The position numbers and the translations under genes were made by a program. The notes under the pieces were generated by a model. That model was not told the origin of the DNA. It worked only from the letters and a program-made list of their open reading frames with translations, and ran no database searches. A DNA stretch of 64,000 nt from Tortispora ganteri (taxonomy: Eukaryota), in the NCBI GenBank assembly GCA_003707115.1, contig PPNB01000015.1, positions 124,001 to 188,000 on the forward strand, written 5' to 3'. Below are positions 35,022 to 45,856 of this stretch, piece after piece (position 1 is the first letter of the stretch; each line of letters opens with the position of its first letter).

Positions 35022-35869
35022 TTAGATGCGCGAGTCTGTGTATTCGACTATTTGGTCAGATCCCTCGTAATTCGGTACGTTGAATCCCCATTCTTTAGCT
35101 AGTTTCTGGGATATAAATCTACCTCCGAGAAAATGGCGACCTTTGAAGTACTCCGATGCAGGTTTAGGCGCGGTGAGCGAGACAAGTACGCTAGGATGAA
35201 ATTTACTACCAAGATCACCCTCTGAAGGGGGACCCTTATTCACGTCCCATGAAGAAGGAATATCAACACTGGTTATCGGCAGCTTGGAGGACTCGAAGAG
35301 ATCAATGGTGGATCGGAAAGGATCACGAATAGGTGGTTTGAAAGAAAATCCGAACAGAGCATCCACAATTTGATCGACTTTACCTTCTGCAATCTCTTTT
35401 TCGGGTTCTTCAGTAAACGGGATCTCGAAATTCTCCAATTGCTTAACTAGTCGATTGTATAAGTCCGATCTGGATCGCTTAGGATAGTAGATCACAGGAG
35501 AGTAACCGAACAAGTACAAATGCCGAGCACATACAAGCCCGTCGCCTCCATTATTTCCAGGACCAGCAGCTATTAGAACATTTTTGTAATCATTAGGAGG
35601 ATAGCACCGCCTAATTGCACAGGCAACAGATAAACCGGCAAGTTCCATCTATGTAGGGGGGTTGGTTGTTAGTACGGTATAATTAATGATCTCCACTAAT
35701 GGTTCACTTACAAGTTGATCTATAGAGTACGCACCGTCTGACATCAAATACTTATCAAGCGCAGATGCCTTTTCGGCTGATAATGTCTATTATGTTAATT
35801 TTGTCCCCATTTTGAGTCATTACTAGCAATATTATCACGTACATTAACCAATTTTCGAATTGAGGTCAT
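35022..35869 (-). CDS. NNR1: NAD(P)HX epimerase (YjeF_N); exons 35869-35843, 35786-35712, 35648-35022 (242 aa)
   Basis: Spliced N-terminus MTSIRKLVN|TLSAEKASALDKYLMSDGAYSIDQL|MELAGLSVA; motifs GPGNNGGDG, VDALFGFSF, SVDIPS.W and SLTAPK. Introns: GTACGT..TTAAC..TAG (56 nt) and GTAAGT..TACTAAC..TAG (63 nt). Confidence 0.93.
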
Positions 35870-36639
35870 GATGATTAAATCGAAAATAGAGTTCTAAAGT
35901 GTTACTACTTCCTTATACTCATCTCAGAAACTTCTCGATCAGTAACCATACCTTTCAATCGGGCTCAACAGTATATCATAAACGTTTAACCAATAATATA
36001 TTTATCGATCTCCTTAATTTGTATACAAATATTGTTAGACAGCTGTCGCATTTTGCTAATGAAAGTAATATAATAGAATGCGCTTATATCATTGCTATAG
36101 CAACCTAATTAAGTTTAAGCGCGTCCTTTCTTAGCCGGTCTACGACCTCTCTTTAGAGGGTTTCACGTTTCCACTTCTCCTTGAAACCCCCCCTTTAAGT
36201 GCGCACTATCTGATCATCAGCCAGCTTATACGCTAGATATTGTGCTTTAGCTAGTCTTGATTTGCATTTAAATTTAAGCTTCACGAGTTTCCTGGTTTTA
36301 CAAACATTCTAGACTCTCGTATAATTGACAAGTGCATCCCTTGAACTACCAGGTTCCCTTATACTGTTATTGTCGTGTACTGAGTCAAGTGTACGTATTA
36401 TTGCCCCGTGTTTCTCACACTCCATTACAATTTAGAGGCAGCCGTAGACTTAACTTACTTATTATCTTTTTTGGATCTTATAGCTTTAAGAATTTTTTGG
36501 TTCTGTCTCATCTACAGAAGTAATACCCTCATCTTTTTACTTTCTACATATACATCATATCTTTCCCCTATAAGCGAATACCCTCACGCTTGAAAACACA
36601 TACAGTTTTTGGACTTAATAAAAAGAATACTTACTCACA

Positions 36640-37797
36640 ATGTCTATAGATATGTCAGCTGTTATACGCCGAAAGAAAATGGTTAAAAGAGGCGTTTCTT
36701 TCACGTTGATGGTCGTTGGTGCCTCAGGAACTGGCCGCACCACATTCGTTAATACCCTTTGCGGCAAAAAAGCTCTGGATCATATGGAGCACGAAGACCC
36801 GGCAAATGCTCACCTTGATCCTAGTATTTCTATCACTCCGGTGAGCGTTGACTTGGACGATTCTGATGGCTCCCGTGTCTCTCTGACGATTGTCGACACC
36901 CCAGGCTTCGGCGACAACGTCAATAACGAGCCGTGCTTCAATGAAATTCTTGGCTATCTTGAGCGACAATACGATGATATTCTTAGTGAAGAGACTAGAA
37001 TTCGTCGTAACCCTCGTTTCCGCGACAATCGTGTCCATTGCTTGCTATATTTTATCACACCCACAGGCCACGGTCTCCGGGAACTTGATATTGAGTTAAT
37101 GAAACGTCTCTCGCCTCGCGTGAACGTCATTCCAGTTATCGGTAAAGCTGATTCTTTCACTCCTTCTGAACTTGCTGATATGAAACGTCTTGTCATGGAA
37201 GACATTGAACACTACAAAATTCCTATCTACAATTTCCCTTATGATGTCGAAGAGGACGATCTCGAAACCATCGAAGAAAACTCTTCGCTCAGAAGCATGC
37301 TTCCTTTTGCTATTGTTGGAAGTGAAGAATTCTTCGATGTTAATGGCAAAAAAATTCGAGGACGTCAGTATCCTTGGGGAGTCGTCGAAGTCGAAAATTC
37401 TATCCACTCTGATTTCTTAACCTTGAAGTCAGCAATTCTTGGCTCTCATTTAATTGATCTTAAAGAAATCACTCACGATTTCTTATACGAAAATTATCGT
37501 ACTGAATGTCTCTCCAAACGAATTGATGGTTCTGGCCCTAAATCTGCTTATAGCGGTACTCCAAACGAATCAATTGGCGCCAAAGAAGAAGAACTTCTCA
37601 GAGAGTCTGCCAAACTGCAAGAATACGAAAATAAAATGCAGAGTGTTTTGGAAGACCAAAGAAAGCAATTGTTTTCACGTGACTCAGAATTAGACGATAT
37701 TGAATCTCGTCTTCGTGAGCAACGCATTGCTGATGATGCCTCATATGAGAAATACCGGGATAATGGTTCCTCATCAAATGGTGATAGCTCTCATTAA
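36640..37797 (+). CDS. CDC11: Septin Cdc11
   Basis: Polybasic RRKKMVKRG, Cdc11-type P-loop GASGTGRTT, DTPGFG, GKADS, GRQYPWG and YENYRTE; C-terminal coiled coil. Confidence 0.93.
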   Translation: MSIDMSAVIRRKKMVKRGVSFTLMVVGASGTGRTTFVNTLCGKKALDHMEHEDPANAHLDPSISITPVSVDLDDSDGSRVSLTIVDTPGFGDNVNNEPCFNEILGYLERQYDDILSEETRIRRNPRFRDNRVHCLLYFITPTGHGLRELDIELMKRLSPRVNVIPVIGKADSFTPSELADMKRLVMEDIEHYKIPIYNFPYDVEEDDLETIEENSSLRSMLPFAIVGSEEFFDVNGKKIRGRQYPWGVVEVENSIHSDFLTLKSAILGSHLIDLKEITHDFLYENYRTECLSKRIDGSGPKSAYSGTPNESIGAKEEELLRESAKLQEYENKMQSVLEDQRKQLFSRDSELDDIESRLREQRIADDASYEKYRDNGSSSNGDSSH

Positions 37798-37995
37798 CTT
37801 ACATGCTAGTTTATAATTTAAAGGGAATGAAATGAATTTTACAATAAATGATCTGCTTTTTTTTTCTGATATATCAGATTATGTAATTCTAATCTTTTTA
37901 TTCTAAGCGTATAGAAAATAATGTTCCAGTATATATGATTATGTAAAATATACAACGTGCTGGCATTACACACCTGTAATAGAAATAAACGACAG

Positions 37996-40662
37996 TCATT
38001 GGTAATGCTCCAGACCGCTCAATTGAGCATTGAGCAATTTATCACCGAAGTTTGGCTTTCTATAGTGAGGAAAATGATCATGAATTTTCCGAACATATGG
38101 CTTGCTGTTCACAGAAGACTCAGAACTGCATTTGACTTGTCCATCCGCTAAACTGATGACAGACATAGTGGAACATAAGGAAGCGTCAGACTGCGGCAAT
38201 GTACCGCCAATTTCAGGGCTTGTTTTCTTTCCATTTTCATTTATGGTACCCGAAGGAATATTTATAGGCTTGCTGTGTCCAGCTATAGGGCTTTCCTTCA
38301 CAGATTCACCACCATCAGAAGGAGAAACACATGAAAAGTCATCAGCATTCATGCCTAACGAACTCTCACCATATAACAGAACGTTGTCCAAATTGAACGC
38401 AGGAGACGCAGCCACAGGCGACAGATTGACAGACGACTTTAAGACAGGAGAAGGGCGTATTGATCCAGCATCCGGAGGAGAAGTAAGATTATCTGGAAGA
38501 ATAGATCTTGGTACTGCCTCGGCAGGGTCTGGGCAGCAGGTGTCAACCCCTTGTATCCAACTAGATTCCAAAATGTCAGGAAGGATTATTCTTTTCGCGG
38601 GATCAATTTGTAACATCCGCCATAACAAGCGTCTGCAGGGAAGAGGAGTAAGTCTGTTAAGAAACTTGATGTTTGTAGGCAGTTCAGCATCTCTAACAGA
38701 TATATTATAGTTAGGGTGTTTGGCGTAAAAGGTCTGAGTAGCATCATAGAAGTCCCTGTACCGGTTGCAACAGTCTTCGTCGGCCTTTATAAAAGGATTT
38801 CCACCATAGAACATACAAATGTACACAATAGCACAAGACCATATATCAAGTTTTCTTGCATCATAAGAAGTACCGGCTTTCTTTGCAAGGAAAACTTCAG
38901 GCGATATATAAGGCTCAGAACCGCAAAGGCCTTTAGATAATCTGCAGGTACCACGAGGATCGCAGTTGCACTTCTGAATAACATCGGCAACGCCAAAATC
39001 AGTAATTTTAAGAGTGCCATCCTCTTTTAGCAGAAGGTTCTCAGGCTTTATATCACGGTGTGCAATACCGTAACAATGCAGATAGTTAACACCCATCAAC
39101 AGCTGCTTAAACAAACAATTTCTTTCAACAGCACCCATAAGGGGTTGTAAGGGGTTAGAATTGAACTGTTTTAGCAGGCCGAACAAATCGCCTCCACCGC
39201 AACACTCCATCACATGGCACCATCTACCATTTGAATTGTAAACCAAATCCAGAGTTTCGACTATGTTCGGATGATGTAAAGATTTTGAGACCATATATTC
39301 CGCCGCAAGTTTTGCATGATACTCTGTGGCATTTTCAGCTTCTGCACGTTTTCTAAACTCTTTCACAGCCACTGTTTGATGCGTAGTATTATTGACAGCA
39401 ATCAGGACCACGGCAGTAGCACCTTGGCCAATCTCTTTTGCTTTGCCAATGCGCTTTGACAAATGGTAGTTAGCACTGAGAGGTTCCGTAGGGCCTTGGA
39501 AGCCTTCAGGAAGTTGTAGATTGGGATTGAGGGCCTTGGATTTTGAACCGATACCGACATCTGCTGGTCGTGTTATTCCAATGCTCACATATGCAGCATC
39601 ATTTTTATCATTCATAGATTGTGCACGTGTAGGCCTGGTGAAGCGATATATAGAGCTGGTGCGCTCAATTTGATGTCCGCGAGGGTACGGGCCTGAACTT
39701 TCAAAAGACGTATTCTCAGCAATCATAGTCGATGAAGCACTAGAACCTGATGCAAAACCAGAATCTCTTCCGACTTGACTAGTTGAAGCACTGAATGAAG
39801 GTCTTGAATATGGAATAGTTCTGCCGCCTGAGGCATTTTCGTTAGACAGTGACTGAGGATTCACAAAGGCAGCAGAACTATCAGTAGGTACACCAACGGT
39901 AGCAGATTCTGAATTATTGCTATCTGACGGTACAAGAACCTCGGCGGATGGTTTTGGATCAATCTGGTGTGATGACGCGCGGATGGGTGTTGATACAGCT
40001 CTACCACGATTCAAGAGCTGTTTGGGTTGCGGTGGGGCAGTTGAAGCTTTGACAGAAGAGGAGCTTGCAGATTTATCAAGAGTCGATTCGGATGCCTGAT
40101 TCTGGTTAGGCGAGTGAAGACCCAGATGAGTTGCTTTTGATATAAAACGGGCAAATCTGCCGGATTTGGTGCGCACAGGAACAGATTCAAGGTTGCCAGG
40201 GGATGTTGGAGATCTTCGGGGCAAAGTTGGTTTAGGAGAAGTTGGAGACTGCTTTGTTCTCGACCTAGTTGATGGCTCAGCAGCAGGGTCATAAGGAAGC
40301 AGCATGGAAGAATGAGAAGCGGGAGTTGACGGAGCTGATGCAATTGAGGTAACGCTTGAGCTAGCGTTGTGATGCGAAGATGTATAGAAGGAGTCAGAAG
40401 CAGCCGGATTACGATTCGGTATTTGCAGAGACATCGGCCAAAGCAAGGCACCATGATCCGAAGGCATAGAAGTAATCTCGGATACAGCAGCAGTTGTGCG
40501 CGGAGATGTCACGGAATGGAAGGTGGAGGCCGGAGCGTTAGTAGCCTGTAATTTTGGAGCGAGCTGGATATTGTTTTCATCTTCCTCTTCTTCTTCAGGG
40601 ATAGCCTGTATAACATTATCTCTTGTTGAGGATGCGATAGAGGCGGTTGATACGGAAGTCAT
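37996..40662 (-). CDS. HAL/NPR-family Ser/Thr kinase (Ptk2/Hrk1/Npr1-like, transporter regulator)
   Basis: Long Ser/Pro-rich N-terminus; IGQGATAVV, AVKEFR, HPNIVET, HRDIKPENLL, KITDFG, GLCGSEPYISPE and YDARKLDIWSCA. First ATG is at 40662. Confidence 0.88.
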   Translation of the reverse strand: MTSVSTASIASSTRDNVIQAIPEEEEEDENNIQLAPKLQATNAPASTFHSVTSPRTTAAVSEITSMPSDHGALLWPMSLQIPNRNPAASDSFYTSSHHNASSSVTSIASAPSTPASHSSMLLPYDPAAEPSTRSRTKQSPTSPKPTLPRRSPTSPGNLESVPVRTKSGRFARFISKATHLGLHSPNQNQASESTLDKSASSSSVKASTAPPQPKQLLNRGRAVSTPIRASSHQIDPKPSAEVLVPSDSNNSESATVGVPTDSSAAFVNPQSLSNENASGGRTIPYSRPSFSASTSQVGRDSGFASGSSASSTMIAENTSFESSGPYPRGHQIERTSSIYRFTRPTRAQSMNDKNDAAYVSIGITRPADVGIGSKSKALNPNLQLPEGFQGPTEPLSANYHLSKRIGKAKEIGQGATAVVLIAVNNTTHQTVAVKEFRKRAEAENATEYHAKLAAEYMVSKSLHHPNIVETLDLVYNSNGRWCHVMECCGGGDLFGLLKQFNSNPLQPLMGAVERNCLFKQLLMGVNYLHCYGIAHRDIKPENLLLKEDGTLKITDFGVADVIQKCNCDPRGTCRLSKGLCGSEPYISPEVFLAKKAGTSYDARKLDIWSCAIVYICMFYGGNPFIKADEDCCNRYRDFYDATQTFYAKHPNYNISVRDAELPTNIKFLNRLTPLPCRRLLWRMLQIDPAKRIILPDILESSWIQGVDTCCPDPAEAVPRSILPDNLTSPPDAGSIRPSPVLKSSVNLSPVAASPAFNLDNVLLYGESSLGMNADDFSCVSPSDGGESVKESPIAGHSKPINIPSGTINENGKKTSPEIGGTLPQSDASLCSTMSVISLADGQVKCSSESSVNSKPYVRKIHDHFPHYRKPNFGDKLLNAQLSGLEHYQ

Positions 40663-40720
40663 TGCGGAAACCAGATAGGAAGGACGAGACAAGTTCAAAG
40701 TGTCAAGATAAATAAGAGGT

Positions 40721-40729
40721 CTAAGTCAT
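40721..40729 (-). other. Minimal uORF (ATG ACT TAG) in the kinase leader
   Basis: The only minus-strand ATG between 40663 and about 41546; it ends 58 nt upstream of the main ATG. Confidence 0.5.
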
Positions 40730-41956
40730 ATAACCCTCAAACTAAAAGAAGCGAGGTAGAGGAGGTAAGAGCGGGGGAAAAATATCAGTTTTCTGAATTC
40801 CTGAATAGATATACCACGTAGAGCGATGTAATGGCCGCTATTGATCGCGCGGTTTATACGCTTTAGCAAGATAGAGGGGAAGTATGGAAAAGAGTAGCGA
40901 CTGAAGGAAAATCAGACAAAGAAATAAAACGGACACACCAACTTATTGTAGACGGTGATTTTATTAGCCCTCAAACGGGATAAAAACAGGGATATAGGAC
41001 GCAAAAAGGGGGCTCTGTCTATGAACTGTAGATGTTATTAGCTGGTAAAGCACCCTTATAGTTAGTTTGCTTTGGGGCAATAAACCTGGGGAACACCCGC
41101 TGAGGCTGGTTCGAGCAAATTCCGCAGTGGCAAGTACAAAAAGCACTAATAAAACAGTTTAAATTATCAAAAATGGACTGCAAAATGTATTGATATTTTG
41201 GTAGGTATTGGTAAATAGCAGGAAAACTATTAGAGTCCACTCTGGTGGAAATTAATCGATGTGGCTTTCCGGCTTCGTGGTGGGCTAAATATCGAGGGTC
41301 GATGATGTCTCCACTTTTAGACCAATAACCGCGTAGGGAGGGGGGAATCCGAGATATGAGGGTGCAGAGAACTATAGGTTTGATCTCGATTTACTATTAT
41401 TCAACAATTTGACACAGAAATACACAAGATATTTGTTCTGCGCAAATAATCAATATCGGAGGCAAAATTATATGTAATTCTAGAATATTGTTAGCTGCAC
41501 CTATACCTTTTGGACCGGTCCGGAGAACGACTAATATCTAATTGCGCATACTTAGAGTTTTAAACATAATAATAACCGCATATGATTGGTCGGTATTTAA
41601 ATGTTTAGGGTTTAAAATAGCATTGTCTAACTGTAATGAGAAAAACGTGATGCATATCAAATAATCTAATATAGTAATTATACAGGTTCACATAAACTGT
41701 TATCACAGAATAAAACATCAAGAGCAATGCGTGTACGATCTGTTTAAATCATTCGCACTAATCTATAGTACATTAACTTCATCAATTGCGCAAGTTTAGC
41801 TCATATAGAGCTATCGTGTTGTTTTATCTTTCATCTCATGATCAAAGCCACAGTTTCTCCGTGTAGTTATTTTTTCGTTCTTTTTCAAAAAATCATAATT
41901 ATTGCATGCACATGTAGTAGTAGTATAACAATAATCACATGAATGTAAAAGAGTGA

Positions 41957-43897
41957 TCAGATTTCTGATTCCCTGCCATTCGCAAGTCCAAACACACGAT
42001 TACCACCTTTCCATTCTCTCCAGCCATCGAAATCAATTAGAGCTTGCATACAGCCCCACTCAGAAATCTTTCTGGCTAGCCAAGTAAACGATACTGGTTT
42101 TGTCAAGAAATCATTGCAGCCTGCGGCCAATGCTTCTTCTTTGTCGCTTTGAAGCGATGATGCAGTCAAAGCAACAATAATAACAGGACTTCTGAAAACA
42201 TCACGATCAAGGCGATCTTCGCTAGGAATATCTGCTTCTTTGGTAGCTGTGAACACATCAGGTTTCAAAGCAGAATCAAATGTGGATTCAAACGGCAATA
42301 AATTACCCTTGCTGCCCATAATGGCACCGGTTAAACTTTGTCCTACATTGTTAACTTGCTCAAGCCTTCGAATTTCTTTCGCTGCATCGATGCCGGACAT
42401 CACTGGTAACTGAATATCCATCAAAATCAAGTGGAAACCTCCACAGCGCCATTTCTCAACAGCTTCCTTGCCATCGGACGCAGAAGAGTACTTAATTCCT
42501 CGTTTACTTAGAAATGCTTCAAGAATTTTGCGATTAACAACGTTGTCCTCAACAATCAGAACATTAATAGGCGGGACAACATCATCCAGTAGAGAATCAC
42601 GTGTAGGGTAAATATTATCAGTAACTTTCTCAGCGGTACTGTATGTTAATATCATAGAAGGATCAGTGTAGTAAAGGTCATCAAATTCTTCAGATAGAAT
42701 ATCAATTTCAGATTGTCGCTTGGTTGTTTGGTATTGCGGAGCTAAAATTATACCACCTTCTTCAACAAAAGAACCAGAAAAGTTGACCGTGCTGGTGTGG
42801 TTAGGATCAGAAAACAATGGATCAAAGGTACCAACGTCATAATCATTGTTAGGGCTGTTTAATTGATCAAATTGTTCAAATTGTAAGTCTTCGTCGGAAG
42901 TTCTGCGACCAGTTTCTGACGTACCAGTATCTGGGTCTCTAGAAGATTGAGAAGGTTCGCTTAAGGACATTGAATACAGAAGCACAGGTAACGTTTCTTC
43001 TTGGTTATCGCCCAGAGCGGAGTGCTGCCGCCGTAACTCCGGTGAAGGTCTGAGATTCATTGAATTCGTAATAACCCTGGAAATAGTAAGATCAGCTTCT
43101 GTAGAATCAAGACCTAGTCCGGGCATGTTATCATCGCTGTCGATCACAGCACTCTCCTGCTGGTAAAAGTTATCAGCATATTCCAAATCAAACTGACCTG
43201 AACGAGATCGAGTGGATTTCGATCTTGGTTTGCGTCCAAAAGTGTCTGAAGTTCGTCTGGTATGTACGGGTTCGATATTTCCCATTCTGAACGTGGGAGA
43301 AGCTGTTCGGAGCGGATGATTGAAGCTATGCGGATGCGTGTAATGAGAAACATGGTGAGAAGATGCATTATTATGACGACTTGGAGAAACGGCAGTGTTT
43401 GGAGCGGAAATGCGAGGTGAACGAGGAGAAGCCAATGAAAGATTATAATCAGAATGACGTTTTTGGTGAGAATGTGAATGCGATCGCGTCGATGGGCCGT
43501 TGTTGTTTGAAGAAGTAGATGAAGTTCTAGAAAGAACAGTGTTGACAGATTCTATCTCAGAAGGGATGGTATAATCGGAAGAGTAAGGACGATTGGAGTA
43601 AGTAGGAGATTCAATTATGAAGGCATCTTTCATGCCCATTCCATCTGGGTATTCCTGTTCTATCACAGACGATATTGTTTCATCAGGTTCAAGAACTCTT
43701 GTGTAAGAAGTGTCGCTTCTTGGTTTGCAGCGGACAAGCAAGTCAGGCGGATCGCAGGAATGAGCGATTGCAGCTTGGAACTTGGAATAAGCGGCGGACT
43801 TCAGATCGTCGACTATTGAGGCCTCGTCTAGTAGTACAGTGGTAGCGACGCCTCCGGGTCGTCGCACCCATATTCTCCTGTTCGGAGAGTCCGGCAT
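41957..43897 (-). CDS. SSK1: Response regulator Ssk1/Mcs4 (HOG pathway)
   Basis: N-terminal RRIWVRRPG domain; receiver domain PPINVLIVEDN, ILMDIQLPVMSG (phospho-Asp), VALTAS, AAGCNDFLTKPV and EWGCMQALIDFDGW. Confidence 0.95.
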   Translation of the reverse strand: MPDSPNRRIWVRRPGGVATTVLLDEASIVDDLKSAAYSKFQAAIAHSCDPPDLLVRCKPRSDTSYTRVLEPDETISSVIEQEYPDGMGMKDAFIIESPTYSNRPYSSDYTIPSEIESVNTVLSRTSSTSSNNNGPSTRSHSHSHQKRHSDYNLSLASPRSPRISAPNTAVSPSRHNNASSHHVSHYTHPHSFNHPLRTASPTFRMGNIEPVHTRRTSDTFGRKPRSKSTRSRSGQFDLEYADNFYQQESAVIDSDDNMPGLGLDSTEADLTISRVITNSMNLRPSPELRRQHSALGDNQEETLPVLLYSMSLSEPSQSSRDPDTGTSETGRRTSDEDLQFEQFDQLNSPNNDYDVGTFDPLFSDPNHTSTVNFSGSFVEEGGIILAPQYQTTKRQSEIDILSEEFDDLYYTDPSMILTYSTAEKVTDNIYPTRDSLLDDVVPPINVLIVEDNVVNRKILEAFLSKRGIKYSSASDGKEAVEKWRCGGFHLILMDIQLPVMSGIDAAKEIRRLEQVNNVGQSLTGAIMGSKGNLLPFESTFDSALKPDVFTATKEADIPSEDRLDRDVFRSPVIIVALTASSLQSDKEEALAAGCNDFLTKPVSFTWLARKISEWGCMQALIDFDGWREWKGGNRVFGLANGRESEI

Positions 43898-45813
43898 TTT
43901 TTTTATTTTTTAAGAAGTGTGTGACGTGGATGTACAGTAGGTCAGGGGAAAGTTTCAAGAGTGCGGCGAACCAAGGAAGGGCGCAGGGCGGTCTTTAAAA
44001 TGTGAAAAATTAGGTGATTATCAAAAGCACTGGATGGCTAGCAGAAGTACCTATAATCTGATCTAATTCAACTAACGTACACAGTAAACACTGTTTGGCA
44101 GTGCGAGAGTGTTAGGGTATAAAGTGCGCCAAACAGGGAGGTGACCAGGACCGGCCGGAAAGGGGTGGCCGATGTGCAAGTTCTGCGTAAACGGCTCAGG
44201 GGTAAACAGACCTCTCAAGCAAGTCAACGTTGTACAAACTTCAAAAAGTCGATCGTTGAATTATCTGATATATTTAGATATATATATCAAACAAAAAATA
44301 TAGAGGAAGTATAGGAAGACAAGAGGGGAGTGTTGGAAAAATTGCGGATGTAATAAAGGTTTTTGAGTGTATTATGTTATAGACCCGCGCCGCCTTTTGG
44401 CCTGGGAGATCACAATGTCAGAAAGCTTAACCTTGCGCTAACTGATTAATACTCAAATATAGAACGAAAACTGTAAATCAGCTTGTTTTTAGAGTTTTAG
44501 CCGACAGTTCCATCTATCGGAAATATATGTCTTGAACCAGTAAGGCAATATAGCAGGCGGCTCCTAAATCTACAAGGCGGAGACGCCGCAAGGTTAGTCG
44601 CTAGCAAGCGATGGCCAACCCACAGGCCGATCCACCAATTACTGAAAATGTTTGCAATGTCTATAGTGGCCAATCTCGAGATACATAAGACTTCATTGCC
44701 GCTAAAGTCAACATGAGGCCACAATTGATATTAACTAAGAAACAACATTAATGCACCCAATTACCGGGTTTGCGCGATCAATAGAGTTCGCAAGAAGATT
44801 CCTCTGGTTCCTGAGTGTATCGTAAGTGGTCTAATGTTTAGTTAGCCGATTACAACAGGTCAAGCACAGCGCTTAAATAGTAGCTTCAATAAGTGACTAA
44901 ACTGCGATAAACTGCGTCATTGTGTTGGTTTTCAATTTTTTGGGCTTCTATTAGACAATAAACTGCGAATGGTAGTTACAGACATATTAAGAGAAAAGTG
45001 GAAATCACATGTTAATATCAGTTAGATACACTTTCGAAAAAAGACTTTTACCAGAACAGTAATAACTGAAAAGCTAAAATAACGCCCGCCAATCGCAATC
45101 AGTAATCCAGCCAGGTAAGTATCTTTTTTAGGAAAGTACAGTTTGTAGTTACGAGGTTTTAATTAATCAGGATAATGAACGACGGTAACAGTAAACTAGT
45201 CATGGCTCTCGCATAATGTGAGTACAGTTTTAAGGCTTATTGAAAAAGAGAACGATAATAACTTTCGATCGACCAATCGCTAATTGATATTCGTTAACTA
45301 AATTAGGAAAACAGATTGTGTGATAAAACTGCACATCATTATTTTATTCATAACTCAATCGGTTAATAAACGTTATCTAATCCAGAGTTGCAGTTTTTCG
45401 TCATCCTACTTTTTTCTTAGCTTTTGATTACGTGGTGGGTGTAATCGATTCAAAATTTACATAGGTCAAATAGGCGCTGAAATCTTAGCAATGATTTTAT
45501 AGTGTTATAACAGCGATATTAACCAACCGCCCTTCCGACAAGAGTGCGAGCCTTGGCGTACCACGCATCCCCGCTTTTTTCAGTTTGATTTCAGAATTTC
45601 TACGTAAGCTTTTTAATTGTTTAATGTGCCACCTTTAGTTCATTAGATATTCGGAAAAATCATATATATAATGTCATTCGTTATTGATTTGTGTTGCACA
45701 CGTGATGGTAGGATAGCACAATATACACCCACATTATAAAAGTCTAAGTAGCTCGATCGATCGAGCGATATCGGATAGCATTTACCGTACACATCCAAAA
45801 ACAGAGATAACTG

Positions 45814-45856
45814 GGAATAATTCTGGAATGATTCTGGAATAATTCTGGAATAATTC
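45814..45856. repeat. 11-bp tandem repeat (GGAATAATTCT) x ~4
   Basis: GGAATAATTCT GGAATGATTCT GGAATAATTCT GGAATAATTC read directly from the sequence. Confidence 0.9.

Noticed and set aside
38102..38710. 202-aa antisense ORF over the kinase 3' end, and similar antisense ORFs at 21471-21983, 46410-46862 and 31627-32040
   Set aside because: They lie wholly or almost wholly over real genes on the opposite strand, mostly start at non-ATG codons and show no recognisable domains.
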